In this document: piece after piece, positions 24,901 through 33,177 of the stretch | Numbering within the stretch: the first letter of the stretch is position 1 | Layout of the letters: each line of letters begins with the position of its first letter | IMG/VR virus record: IMGVR_UViG_3300048592_000946 | Span: 1 to 44,448 of that record | Length of the DNA: 44,448 nucleotides | DNA from: a virus | Lineage: Duplodnaviria; Caudoviricetes | Strand: one strand, 5' to 3' | The notes under the pieces: generated by a model | What the model was told of the DNA's origin: nothing | Databases searched by the model: none | The model's input: only the letters and a program-made list of their open reading frames with translations | Made by a program: the position numbers and the translations under genes

Positions 24901-26319
24901 CATGCCGCCTAAAAGACCAACAGCGGTTCGAATCCCGGTGACAAAAGACGACAACGCCAGGGCCTTAAACGCTTTATCCAACAACATCATGGCCCCGGTC
25001 AGCGCGGAAATTTGAATAATCGCGGCCCCCACGGAACTGTCCGCAAAATTTCGCAACAAGGTAACCGCTTCGCGCAAGACGATCAAAAACCCTCTGAATA
25101 TGGCAACCAGCCCGGCCTCGCCAAGGGTAATCGCCAATTCGCCGGCCCGGTCCTTCAGGTTCTTAAACATCACCTGAAGTCCTTCCTGCTGCTTGGCCGA
25201 CATTTCCGCAGATGTCCCAATCCCCCGGACCTGCTCAATGGCTTTTTCAAATTTCCCGGAAAGAAACCCTTCCACCAAAACAGCCACCGCCTGAGCGCCG
25301 CGAAGCCCGAACAGCGTATAGGCCTTGGTCATATCCACCGTGGCCTTTTCGTTGTCCCACAATACTTTGGACAAATGCTGCATGGCCCCTTCATAATTGT
25401 GGACCGGATTTACATCGGAAAGCGAAATGTTTAATCGCTCAAATTCTTCCCGCAACGACCGTGACGGCGCCAACAGGCGAGCCAGCACCTGACGAAAACC
25501 GGTCCCGATGGTCGAAGCTCTCAATCCCTTATTGGCCAGCAGCATCATGGACGCCGCGGTTTCTTCAATCGACAAGCCCGCTTCGGCCGCGGATGCCCCC
25601 ACATAGTTAAAAGCCGTCCGCAGTTTATCAACCGTCAGCTTGGATCCATTGATCGCACTGGCCATAACATCAGCCGCCCGATTGGCTTCTAATGCTTCCA
25701 GGCCAAACGCCCGGATCGCCGTGGTCAAAAGATCAGATGTTGTTTCAAGGCTGGATAGCGTACCTGTCGCCAGCGTGGCTACCGCGTCAATGGCCGCCAA
25801 CGATTCCTCAGCGGAAAAGCCGGCCTGGGCCAGAAGCTGCATGCCTTGGCCGATTTCCGCCGTAGAGAATTTCGTTTCCCGGGCAACTTCCCGCATCTTG
25901 TCGCCCATGGATTCCAATTCGGCAAACGACACATCCCCGATAATTGCGTTTAAGTTGGCAATCGACTGGCTGTATTCCGCCATTTCAGAAATGCCGGCAC
26001 GAAGCGCATTGGTTACGCCAAAAATCGCCGTGGCCGCCAGCCCGTAAGACGCCGTTACCCGGGCTGCCGCCTTGACGCGGTTCCAAGCGCCCTCCACATG
26101 GGCCAATTTTTTCCCATGGGCATCAAGGTTCCTGTTGGTTGCCGTTAATGTTTTATCGGTCTGTGCTAACGCTTGGTTGGTGCGGGTCGCCGCTGCCGCG
26201 TGCTGCTGTGTGACTCCGGCCAGGCGGCCGAACTCCGCTCGAACCGCCGCGGTCTTGGCAAGGAAGTCGGAAATATTGGCAGTAAAAATCGTCCCCAAAT
26301 TCATGTTTTGTGTGGACAT
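21952..26319 (-). CDS. Tail tape measure protein (TP901-type core)
   Basis: 1455 aa, Ala-rich and helical. Core motifs ETKFSTAEIGQGMQLLAQAG, AADVMA, SIEETAA...LAN.GLRAS..GT..R and LFG...A.A. Confidence 0.95.
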   Translation of the reverse strand: MSTQNMNLGTIFTANISDFLAKTAAVRAEFGRLAGVTQQHAAAATRTNQALAQTDKTLTATNRNLDAHGKKLAHVEGAWNRVKAAARVTASYGLAATAIFGVTNALRAGISEMAEYSQSIANLNAIIGDVSFAELESMGDKMREVARETKFSTAEIGQGMQLLAQAGFSAEESLAAIDAVATLATGTLSSLETTSDLLTTAIRAFGLEALEANRAADVMASAINGSKLTVDKLRTAFNYVGASAAEAGLSIEETAASMMLLANKGLRASTIGTGFRQVLARLLAPSRSLREEFERLNISLSDVNPVHNYEGAMQHLSKVLWDNEKATVDMTKAYTLFGLRGAQAVAVLVEGFLSGKFEKAIEQVRGIGTSAEMSAKQQEGLQVMFKNLKDRAGELAITLGEAGLVAIFRGFLIVLREAVTLLRNFADSSVGAAIIQISALTGAMMLLDKAFKALALSSFVTGIRTAVGLLGGMGAAIATVSAIAGKFVAVLLSVKTWILAIPIALYKFVTWFENSGDAAMKMAVKVNEAADTLEAFARILEGSTPEEYGVNLKRFALEHEELAARVAKAAGEVSVLGMTMEQFKTASAVVAAEDFKKKIESLSAAISKYSSTLVLSEGFMLARLFIDEEEAAGKLDLALKDLIESLIEWTASGKMTRDEGMAMIDTLAGQSRHFNDVSDTIRAKYISGLEAAEEAARRAKATFDSLVGDEALSEYQNFYDQLSLLEKSRFASMLSNLQKEQSEFTRQNSAFKLSEEEKYAAMAAMEAQHFADFYAMQHKKTDTAAENANRLLQVLKDRLGEEVRLLETEMRDNDRFYQHKIKAAREAGEDIVGIESEYSDKKASLNEKFTQLHAIFMKIIKDQEVDTLKEIIAAHDQAHGAKVTALDKWYQIEAKRDQEALSQKIDAIKQHYTEQVKAAADVAAGRTTALQQAIEQEFSVIKDASGNIIAEYGDRETKIRDLSRDTIKYIRDDAGKIIAVHAKKNEDILQQEKQAYETAKAASVAAYDSMYNEIAGVVKQHTDNQLSKAKEFRNAEIQAHKEGLGSQAQELAAHQRVVDAANVRFLGRVKKIHEEEAAHWKEQLKGIEDEYKRLLGVIEGLKGDLIKIEKDREQTIWDMRTKHMGDYEKYRAEQAKVADLWAKVEANNEIAAASESFEERERLHNENKGWLEEIKNLSQSMNREIKEGQSTIVSGQQALSDSLQNYNKAIDEEKNQINALMGLNEDRASALKAHYDDYQARLDDVIDQLETIEEKEWLAEIKVNINGKKDLEDTVKMIDGLKDKTVNITIHQHTVKTESGKAKGGRIGFATGGRLFDTGGRLPGYSSTDIVDAKLRLGEGVLRPEAMSVWDRLFGRGFFEGLNAPWSSIGKTIISAMKSFSVPQFKFAKGGIVGGAAPVMPKLQFAGGGRVSFPNLGSLNLSINDNEVGKIYGEPDVLGILQQQIKQKTRMRSNG

Positions 26320-26362
26320 GCCAAATATCTCCGATTATACAGATGTGAATTTCGTTTCGTTT

Positions 26363-26848
26363 TTATCCGAATTTAACGCCGCTGACACTCATGCCCCGGA
26401 AATCAGCCATCAGTTTTTCCGTCATTTCCTCCCGAACCTCCATGGGAAGATGGGCGACGGATTCCGGATTCCCGTCGTAATAAACAATTTCTCCGGAATT
26501 TAACCGGATCGGCGTGCCTTTTCCTTCAGCCGGACGCTGCTTCTCTGATTCGTTTTCACCCACTGGCCGGTTTTTTTTAATCTTATGGCCATGAATGGCT
26601 GCCAAAAACTCATGTTCCGCCGCCTTGATTTCGCTTTCCCGTGTGCGCTCTTTCTGGATAAACTCCAGCAGCGCATCCACCTGGCCCAGGGTTAATCCGC
26701 CGTCTCTGAAACGGCATCGGAAGAAATGTTCGATTCGGTACTGGGGGAATCGCCCCATAATGGCTGCAACAGCCTCTTCAGCGAGTCGTTCGGCAGATTC
26801 TCGACGATCGTCGCCACCTTCCCCTTGAAGAGGCTCAACACGTTTTTT
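26363..26848 (-). CDS. Tail assembly chaperone, -1 frameshift extension (gpT-like segment)
   Basis: The -1 frame relative to the upstream ORF is open from the slippery A AAA AAC (26848-26842) through the listed 26363..26758 ORF. It lies immediately before the tape measure. Confidence 0.8.
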   Translation of the reverse strand, partial: KKRVEPLQGEGGDDRRESAERLAEEAVAAIMGRFPQYRIEHFFRCRFRDGGLTLGQVDALLEFIQKERTRESEIKAAEHEFLAAIHGHKIKKNRPVGENESEKQRPAEGKGTPIRLNSGEIVYYDGNPESVAHLPMEVREEMTEKLMADFRGMSVSGVKFG

Positions 26849-27240
26849 GCCGGCCGCTCGTAATTCACCCGGAAAACGATAATGGCGATATCCGCCGCCT
26901 GCTCATTGGTGATCTCGGGCAGGATGATTTTCTGAATCTGTTTGTCCGAATAATCCGTGATCAAAGACAAAATCTTCACCAGGTTCTTTTGGATCAAGTT
27001 TATCAGAAAAGCGACAAACACCAGGTTCTCCATTTCCTCCGGCAAAACCCCATCCTCTAACGCCTCTTGTTTCTTTCCCTTATCAAAAAACGCCTGAAGG
27101 GCTTCCGTTATCAATTCCGAAACCTCGATCTGGTCCGGAATTGATAACGGATAAAGAGTCAGCGGTTTTAATTCCCGCTTCCCGATTTCAATGGTGGTGA
27201 TTGCCGGGTTCATCCGCCCGCCGCCGCCGTTTTTACTCAT
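26692..27240 (-). CDS. Tail assembly chaperone (gpG-like)
   Basis: Lies between tail tube and tape measure, is helical, and contains the slippery site. Confidence 0.8.
   Translation of the reverse strand: MSKNGGGGRMNPAITTIEIGKRELKPLTLYPLSIPDQIEVSELITEALQAFFDKGKKQEALEDGVLPEEMENLVFVAFLINLIQKNLVKILSLITDYSDKQIQKIILPEITNEQAADIAIIVFRVNYERPAKNVLSLFKGKVATIVENLPNDSLKRLLQPLWGDSPSTESNISSDAVSETAD
26842..26848 (-). promoter_or_regulatory. Programmed -1 ribosomal frameshift heptamer A-AAA-AAC
   Basis: GCA AAA AAC is in frame in the chaperone ORF and fits the X XXY YYZ pattern. Confidence 0.8.
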
Positions 27241-27291
27241 GCCGCCTCCATAAATTGATTTTTATGGTTATGTATCGTTAAATCAGACCCT

Positions 27292-28227
27292 TTATGCGTT
27301 CCGGGACCAGATGATCCGGCCCAAAGGCATATTGTCCCACACCGCATTGCCAGCCACATTGTCGCTGGAAGCATTCTGGGCGTTAAAAACAATGGGCGGA
27401 GCCGCTTCATCTTCTGCCGCATAGGCAATTTCCAGATTTCCGGAAACCTGCGCCCGGGGGAAAACAAAGGTCATGGTGTAAATGCCGTTGGGGAATGTAT
27501 AGAGACCTTCCACCCGGATATCCACCGGTGCTACCAGGCCGCCCAGCCCGATGGAACCCTCGTGTGCATCCGCATAAGCCGAATCACCGCCGGCCAGGGT
27601 GCCGAACACGTAGGTATCGCCGTCGATCCAGTCGCCGGTAAAAAAATCAGCCGGAATGGAAAACAGCTTGTCGCCATCGCCGTCCACGGGCTCAATGGCC
27701 GCGCTCAAATCATCAAAATCAATAACATGGCCGGATTTTTTGCCGTAGATGGAGCCAGTTTCAATGGCCGCATAAGACGACGCCGGATCACGGAACACCA
27801 CAATCCATTCATCATCGATCACCGCCCAGTTGCCAGCGCCCGACACGGCAATGCTTTTTGTTGCATCCCGAGTCCCGGCATCTGAGTTGATCACAATGTC
27901 ATGAAGCGCCTGAGCAGCCACGGACGCCGTGGGATTGAGCCCGCGGGCCAGGGCCACATTAAACGGCGTGATCTCCTTGTAGGCGCCTTCCAGGGCGGCC
28001 TCTTCGCTTAAGGGAACCGTGCCGTCCAGCCGCTTGGGAAACCCGGAATACTGCATGAAGAATTCTGCGGACGCATTGAACTTGGTATCCGCCAGCGCCC
28101 CGATACTGTTTGCCGCCGACAATACCGGGGTAATTGTGGAAATATTGTTCGCCGAATTCCCCACCCGGATCTGGAGCAAACCCAGCGCCCGGGAAGTTAC
28201 GTTTTTGGTAATCGGTCCATGTGTCAT
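27292..28227 (-). CDS. Major tail (tube) protein with inserted domain
   Basis: 311 aa, upstream of the chaperones. Tube-like motifs SIGAL..TKF, EITPFNVALA and FVFPRAQVSG.LEIAY. AGGAGG SD. Confidence 0.8.
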   Translation of the reverse strand: MTHGPITKNVTSRALGLLQIRVGNSANNISTITPVLSAANSIGALADTKFNASAEFFMQYSGFPKRLDGTVPLSEEAALEGAYKEITPFNVALARGLNPTASVAAQALHDIVINSDAGTRDATKSIAVSGAGNWAVIDDEWIVVFRDPASSYAAIETGSIYGKKSGHVIDFDDLSAAIEPVDGDGDKLFSIPADFFTGDWIDGDTYVFGTLAGGDSAYADAHEGSIGLGGLVAPVDIRVEGLYTFPNGIYTMTFVFPRAQVSGNLEIAYAAEDEAAPPIVFNAQNASSDNVAGNAVWDNMPLGRIIWSRNA

Positions 28228-28505
28228 GTCGACATCCTCCTGTTTAACGTTTTTGACGTTTCTGATGTTTCTGGTGCTGCCGATATATCAATAGTGCCTG
28301 TCCCGTTCCCGCCGATCATATTGATGTGCCGGCAATATTCCCGCCAACATTTCATCCGGATTTCTCCAAAAATCCACATCTGCACCGGGGGGCCATATTG
28401 CGCGTCCTGTTTGCCGCCGAACACAAACTCAAGTGACCCGTCGGCCAGCCGATGGATCAATGGCTTGCCGCATCTGTCGCAATAAATGATTTCGCGTCCG
28501 GCCAA
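28224..28505 (-). CDS. Com-like zinc-ribbon protein
   Basis: IYCDRCGKPL...EIRMKCWREYCRHIN resembles the Mu Com pattern IRCxxCxKLL...EIKCxRCxxxN. TTG start with an AAGGAG SD. Confidence 0.65.
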   Translation of the reverse strand: MAGREIIYCDRCGKPLIHRLADGSLEFVFGGKQDAQYGPPVQMWIFGEIRMKCWREYCRHINMIGGNGTGTIDISAAPETSETSKTLNRRMST

Positions 28506-28525
28506 AACACGCTCCTTGCGCCGCT

Positions 28526-29053
28526 TTATGCCAACGGCGTAATCAGGTCATGGAAGGTGGCAATCCCGGTTAAAGCGGTCGTCCCGAAAGTCGTTTCTCC
28601 GGCCGTGGTGATTTCCACATAGCCGAATCCCAGCGTCCCTTCCGGAGCATCCGGCGTCACCGCATCATCTGTGTCATCAACCTCTTCGCCTTGGACCGCC
28701 CCGATGTCGCCGGTGGTTAAATCAACGGTTAGCAGGCACCGGTATTTCTTCGAGGCCGCTACGGCTTCAAAGGTATCAATGGCACTGATGTCGATCTCCG
28801 CCGCCGCCACGGTAATCACTTCACCGCCGACCAGAACCATCAACGCCTGGCCCATGGCCACGTTTTCCGGCCCGCCAATCGGCTCATAAGAAGAATCCAC
28901 TTCCTCCCCGCCGATTTTAATAGCCGCCGGCTGAAGAATCCGCGGCCCGGTGAACAGGTAAGTATCCAGTGCGTCCATATTGTTCATAACGGCCTTGAGT
29001 ATTTCCCTCTCTTTGGGAGAGGCGTCAGGCCCTGCAATTATCGGCCAGTCCAT
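28526..29053 (-). CDS. Putative virion structural protein
   Basis: 175 aa, acidic and Ala/Thr-rich, with a strong AGGAGG SD. Confidence 0.7.
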   Translation of the reverse strand: MDWPIIAGPDASPKEREILKAVMNNMDALDTYLFTGPRILQPAAIKIGGEEVDSSYEPIGGPENVAMGQALMVLVGGEVITVAAAEIDISAIDTFEAVAASKKYRCLLTVDLTTGDIGAVQGEEVDDTDDAVTPDAPEGTLGFGYVEITTAGETTFGTTALTGIATFHDLITPLA

Positions 29054-29084
29054 CGCGTTCCTCCTGTTTGAAAAATAAATGAAT

Positions 29085-29546
29085 TTATGCTTTTACCGCC
29101 CAACGCAAATGGCAGGAAAGCGTCTGAAATTTCGTCTTGTCTGAACTTTCAGCCTCTTCGCCGTCGAGCACCTTGACCACCACTACCGCCCCGATTTCTA
29201 CCCAGGGAGTGACCGACACATTATATAAAGGGATTCTCCGCTTCCCGTCTTGTTGATTCAGGTCCGTCATGGCGTCAAAAACAACGTCTGACAACTGCCC
29301 GAGAACATCCCCGTCCATGTCGCCGCGTGTCGCGCAAATCACATCAACAATCCACAATGCCATCCCGCTTCGGTTCATGGATCCGAACCGCACGGAAAGC
29401 CATTGGGGCAGATTTTTTTCAGGCGGCAAAAATCCCCGGTCAAAGTAAATCGTTTTTGCGTCCGGCCCGGTCGCCAGTGTATCGATTAAATATTTTTTGA
29501 CGGATTTCCGTAAATTATCCCTGGTAGCTGTCGCATCCAGCGTCAT
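29085..29546 (-). CDS. Tail terminator-like protein
   Basis: 153 aa. Position after the neck genes and an alpha/beta pattern. Confidence 0.6.
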   Translation of the reverse strand: MTLDATATRDNLRKSVKKYLIDTLATGPDAKTIYFDRGFLPPEKNLPQWLSVRFGSMNRSGMALWIVDVICATRGDMDGDVLGQLSDVVFDAMTDLNQQDGKRRIPLYNVSVTPWVEIGAVVVVKVLDGEEAESSDKTKFQTLSCHLRWAVKA

Positions 29547-29776
29547 GACCCCGCCTCCCGGTCGCCGTTGCTACCATTGAGATCTTTGTCCAACTGATCC
29601 ACATACGGCCAAAACTGATCCGTGAAATATTCCCAGGCATCTTTATCTTCCTGAGCAAACAGCGGCCCGTTATTGGTGCAAAGCGACATGGCTTTTTTTA
29701 ACAGGCGCACTTCTTTTGCCGGGATTTCAATCACGGCATGAATATCTTTGGCGAATGTATCAATGGTTTGCGGCAT
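29543..29776 (-). CDS. Hypothetical protein
   Basis: 77 aa, ATGA-coupled to the next gene. Confidence 0.6.
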   Translation of the reverse strand: MPQTIDTFAKDIHAVIEIPAKEVRLLKKAMSLCTNNGPLFAQEDKDAWEYFTDQFWPYVDQLDKDLNGSNGDREAGS

Positions 29777-29788
29777 AAAGACTGCCCC

Positions 29789-30331
29789 CTATCGCCACTG
29801 TTGCCGGAGATTATGCAACGATTCCTGCCCCCGTTGTCGATATCGATCCGAAGCCGCGTATTCCAGCCGCGTCGGTTCAAATACCGGACGGGCCGGATGG
29901 TTGCCAAGGCCGAGCTCATTGATCCGGCCATACCAGGCAATCCGCTTCGGACGGCCCTTTAATCGTCCCGGGCTACTGTGCCAAGACTTCCCGCCGCTGT
30001 CGGTCGCATTGGCCGGCACGCCGCCGACCCAGCCTTTCCCCGACTTAAATACCGTGACGTTGTTAATCAGATCCCCGTACAGCCGCCAGAACATCGAACC
30101 CATCATCATGCGCTGCGTCTTCCATTCGGCATACCGGGGATGATACGGCGCATATCCGGATGAAAACTTCTGGGTCAATAGATTGTTAATGGCCAGATCC
30201 TTGTAATCATTGGCGCAGTTCATGGCATGCCGGTCTTCTTCACGCCGAGCCACTGTTTCCAGCCTGCCCAGCGCCGACATGATCCGCCGGAAGTCTTCCG
30301 GATTCACCACTGCACGAATAAATTGGGCCAT
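29789..30331 (-). CDS. Neck/tail completion protein (HK97 gp10-like / virion morphogenesis)
   Basis: Basic 180 aa with YGRINELG...PARPVFEP and YAEWK. Confidence 0.75.
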   Translation of the reverse strand: MAQFIRAVVNPEDFRRIMSALGRLETVARREEDRHAMNCANDYKDLAINNLLTQKFSSGYAPYHPRYAEWKTQRMMMGSMFWRLYGDLINNVTVFKSGKGWVGGVPANATDSGGKSWHSSPGRLKGRPKRIAWYGRINELGLGNHPARPVFEPTRLEYAASDRYRQRGQESLHNLRQQWR

Positions 30332-30966
30332 TATTCTTCGCCTTCTGTTTCCACGGCCAGTCCGCGGGTATCCTCACCCATCAATGCCACATCGACATTT
30401 TCATACTTGTAGTAGGCGATCTTGTCCGCCCGGTAATACTCACTTTCCGACACCTGATACTGGTCCCCGATCTTAATGCCCACCACATGCGGCAGATAAA
30501 GATCCATAGCCGTCAGATCCAGCATCCCCACCTGCTCGTCTTCATCCAACCGGTTGCCGTAATAACTTTCCGTAATCAGCGCATAGCAAGGATTCTTGAC
30601 AATCGCCCATGACACAACAGAGGCATGGCCTCCGGTCGTCACCGTCGGGCGCAATAAGACGCCAACGGTATTAGTTTTGTAAAGAACCGCCACAAACTTC
30701 CATGCTTCACCTTCAAACATGTGCGGCGTCTTGTTCATCACCAGAAAGACCCGGCCGTCATCCATCCGGATCACATCCCCGGCGATAATCTCCGTGTCAA
30801 AAGAGAGCATGGCCTCTAAAAAAAACTCACGGACAAACGGCTTGGTGACCTGGGCATTGGTTTTAATTTGAATAAACTCGCCGGCGATTTCTCCCTCGTC
30901 GCGCAAAATCACGACACTGACCCCGACTTCTTGCAAAACCTCCCGATAGTCTAAGCCAAGGGTCAT
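30331..30966 (-). CDS. Head closure/neck protein candidate
   Basis: 211 aa. Two beta-barrel-like halves (IIAGDVI...FLV and IKIGDQY...YR). Neck position. Confidence 0.6.
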   Translation of the reverse strand: MTLGLDYREVLQEVGVSVVILRDEGEIAGEFIQIKTNAQVTKPFVREFFLEAMLSFDTEIIAGDVIRMDDGRVFLVMNKTPHMFEGEAWKFVAVLYKTNTVGVLLRPTVTTGGHASVVSWAIVKNPCYALITESYYGNRLDEDEQVGMLDLTAMDLYLPHVVGIKIGDQYQVSESEYYRADKIAYYKYENVDVALMGEDTRGLAVETEGEE

Positions 30967-31388
30967 GACATCCTCCGCGTCACATCTTTACCGGTGATGT
31001 CATAATAAAGCCCGGTCCCGACCACCGTGCCGAACAGATCCGTCACATCGGAAACGTCTAAAAACATTTCCGGCCGTTCTTCTTGGATCCGTTCATAATC
31101 GGCGTCCATTTTTTTAATCAGTTCCCCATAATGCGAAAACCGTTGATTTAAACTTAACTGCTCGACTTTAAACTTCCGGGCCGACTGGGACCACAACATG
31201 AAAAAGCAATGCCGTTTGGCTCGCTCTTCGGTCCACATCTCTTTAAAATCCCCGGAAACCGGAAGGCTCCACCCCGTCTCTTTGGCGGCCTTGTTGCAGC
31301 AGGATGTAATTTCTTCCGGCGTTAAAAAACCGGTAATACTGCTGTCCTGATTCACCAAGGTTTGCAATTCACTCAACGATAGAGACAT
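30963..31388 (-). CDS. Head-tail adaptor candidate
   Basis: 141 aa, helical, FLTPEEI...KFKVEQLSL, located after the capsid genes. Confidence 0.6.
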   Translation of the reverse strand: MSLSLSELQTLVNQDSSITGFLTPEEITSCCNKAAKETGWSLPVSGDFKEMWTEERAKRHCFFMLWSQSARKFKVEQLSLNQRFSHYGELIKKMDADYERIQEERPEMFLDVSDVTDLFGTVVGTGLYYDITGKDVTRRMS

Positions 31389-31394
31389 GGCTAT

Positions 31395-31805
31395 TTAAAT
31401 CCCGTTTAATTCAACGTCCGGCTCTCCAGCAGGCCCATTGTCGGCATCCGCGGCCTCTTCCATTTCGGCAATTTGTTTCTTGATGTTAGCAATGCTGGTT
31501 GACGGATGAATCTTTGCCCCGAAGGTATGGAGCGCATAATCCATGAGCACCTTTTTGGTTTCCTTTTCAGATGCGTCGCCTTCCGGAGAATCCGCCAGAA
31601 GGGTTTCGTTTTCCGGGCGAACCGACTTGGCCGGCGACATCTGTTTCTTTATGGCCGGATGAATCCCGTCTTCTTCGACAACCACGCCCGTTCCGGCATC
31701 GATTTCCGCCTGAACCCCATCGGGATAAGGGGACGTGAATTGCGTCCCCTTTGGATAAATGGTCCGTTTGATTTTGATCGTTTCCTTGGCTATCGCCTTT
31801 TTCAT
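31395..31805 (-). CDS. Hypothetical protein following the major capsid gene
   Basis: 136 aa with a GGAGG SD. The C-terminal two-helix motif TKKVLMDYA...G...SIANIKKQI is HeH-like. Confidence 0.65.
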   Translation of the reverse strand: MKKAIAKETIKIKRTIYPKGTQFTSPYPDGVQAEIDAGTGVVVEEDGIHPAIKKQMSPAKSVRPENETLLADSPEGDASEKETKKVLMDYALHTFGAKIHPSTSIANIKKQIAEMEEAADADNGPAGEPDVELNGI

Positions 31806-31867
31806 TGCAACCTCCGCTTCCTATTGCAGTTGAAAATTTATTGAACTCTCTCGCTTAAGGCCCCTAC

Positions 31868-33106
31868 CTATTTCACAGTGTACTGGAAAATCGCTTCGGG
31901 GAAATACAGCACGGGGAGGCCCTTGTTCTGGACGCGAACAAACACGCCATCCGGATCCCATTTGTCATGCCGGTCCACCTTCATGCCGTAGTGCCGATCC
32001 AGATCAAACGGCGCCAGGGCAAATTCCGCGATCTTTTGACCTTCCACCCGGTCGGCAAACAAGATAAACTTGTTGGTGGGCAGAAATTTCTTGGAAACAA
32101 AGCAGAAGTCCTGGGAAGCGGCATAGGCCCGGGTCAGTGTACCGGTGGCGGTAATCGTACCGGCAACGGGGTCAACGGCCGTAATGGTCAACTGCTCGAT
32201 ATTATTATTTTTGAGCGATGTTTTGACCATGTTCAGCGTCATGCCGACTTCAAAATCCGTTAGATCATCCCCGTAAATCGTATGCGGGCCGGCCCCGGCG
32301 GACACTGCCGACGTCAACCAGGCACGGATCTGATAGGACTCATCATAAAGAACCATATTGGGAATGTTTAACAAACTACCCAGTACCGGAATCGGACGGG
32401 CGAACAGATCCCCTTCCCCGAAAGACGACTTTTTCAGCAAGGTTTGAATCCCGGTGTCCAGCACCATCAAATTCAAGACTTCCTGAGTAAACAGGGCATA
32501 ATTGAATGTCGTAGACAGGGAATTTTGGCCCACCAACTGCGCGTCCATAATATCTTCAAGGATGTTTTTCTCGCTGTCGTTGGCCACATAATCCCATTTC
32601 CGCTTGGCACTGAGCGCCACCTGATTAATGGTTGAAAGCCCATAGTCCACGGAGATGGAATTCGCATCCGGATCTTTATAAGCAATGGCGCCGTCGGATA
32701 ACATTTTAGCCGTCAGCCATTCTTTCCGGCGGTCGCATCGGTTCCGCAGCATCAAAGTCTGCTGAGCCAGATACTTGGTCGCCCGGTAATAAACGGATGT
32801 CGTGCCAGGCTGCCGGATGTTGTTAAGAAACTTGGAGCCCAGATACATCTTTTCTTTCCAAAACGCGGCCTTGGCCGTATGAGTGGCCGTACCGGTCGGG
32901 GCCACCCGAGGGGCCTCCACGTTCTCGCCGGAAAGAGGCGTCATCCCCATGTTTCCATATTCGGATTCCCAGTAAATGTCGTCGGAATCCCACTTGTCTT
33001 CCCCGAAAAGCCGGGTCAGCACCATGGACGGCGCTGTTTTAAACCGTTCGATGAGCTTTTGGATTTTGGACAATCTCAGCTCGGGAATATCGGCAACTGA
33101 TTTCAT
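31868..33106 (-). CDS. Major capsid protein (lambda gpE-like family) with ~80-aa insertion
   Basis: Motifs RRKEWLTAKML..G.I......SVDYG, KW......NILEDI, VLYDESY, KFLPTNK and WDPDG....Q..GLPVL..P.A. GGAGG SD. Confidence 0.92.
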   Translation of the reverse strand: MKSVADIPELRLSKIQKLIERFKTAPSMVLTRLFGEDKWDSDDIYWESEYGNMGMTPLSGENVEAPRVAPTGTATHTAKAAFWKEKMYLGSKFLNNIRQPGTTSVYYRATKYLAQQTLMLRNRCDRRKEWLTAKMLSDGAIAYKDPDANSISVDYGLSTINQVALSAKRKWDYVANDSEKNILEDIMDAQLVGQNSLSTTFNYALFTQEVLNLMVLDTGIQTLLKKSSFGEGDLFARPIPVLGSLLNIPNMVLYDESYQIRAWLTSAVSAGAGPHTIYGDDLTDFEVGMTLNMVKTSLKNNNIEQLTITAVDPVAGTITATGTLTRAYAASQDFCFVSKKFLPTNKFILFADRVEGQKIAEFALAPFDLDRHYGMKVDRHDKWDPDGVFVRVQNKGLPVLYFPEAIFQYTVK

Positions 33107-33177
33107 GTTTCAATAACCTCCTTCTTAAAGGTGTTGTTTTAAAAGCGTTTCAACGCAGCGGCTCCAGCCGATGCCCG

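Noticed and set aside
27237-27467. 76-aa minus-strand ORF
   Set aside because: It overlaps the tail tube gene out of frame and has no supporting motif.
27292-29546. Contractile tail sheath (myovirus, tailocin or CIS)
   Set aside because: I found no sheath-sized gene or baseplate wedge (gpJ/gp25-like) motifs, and a full head and packaging module is present.
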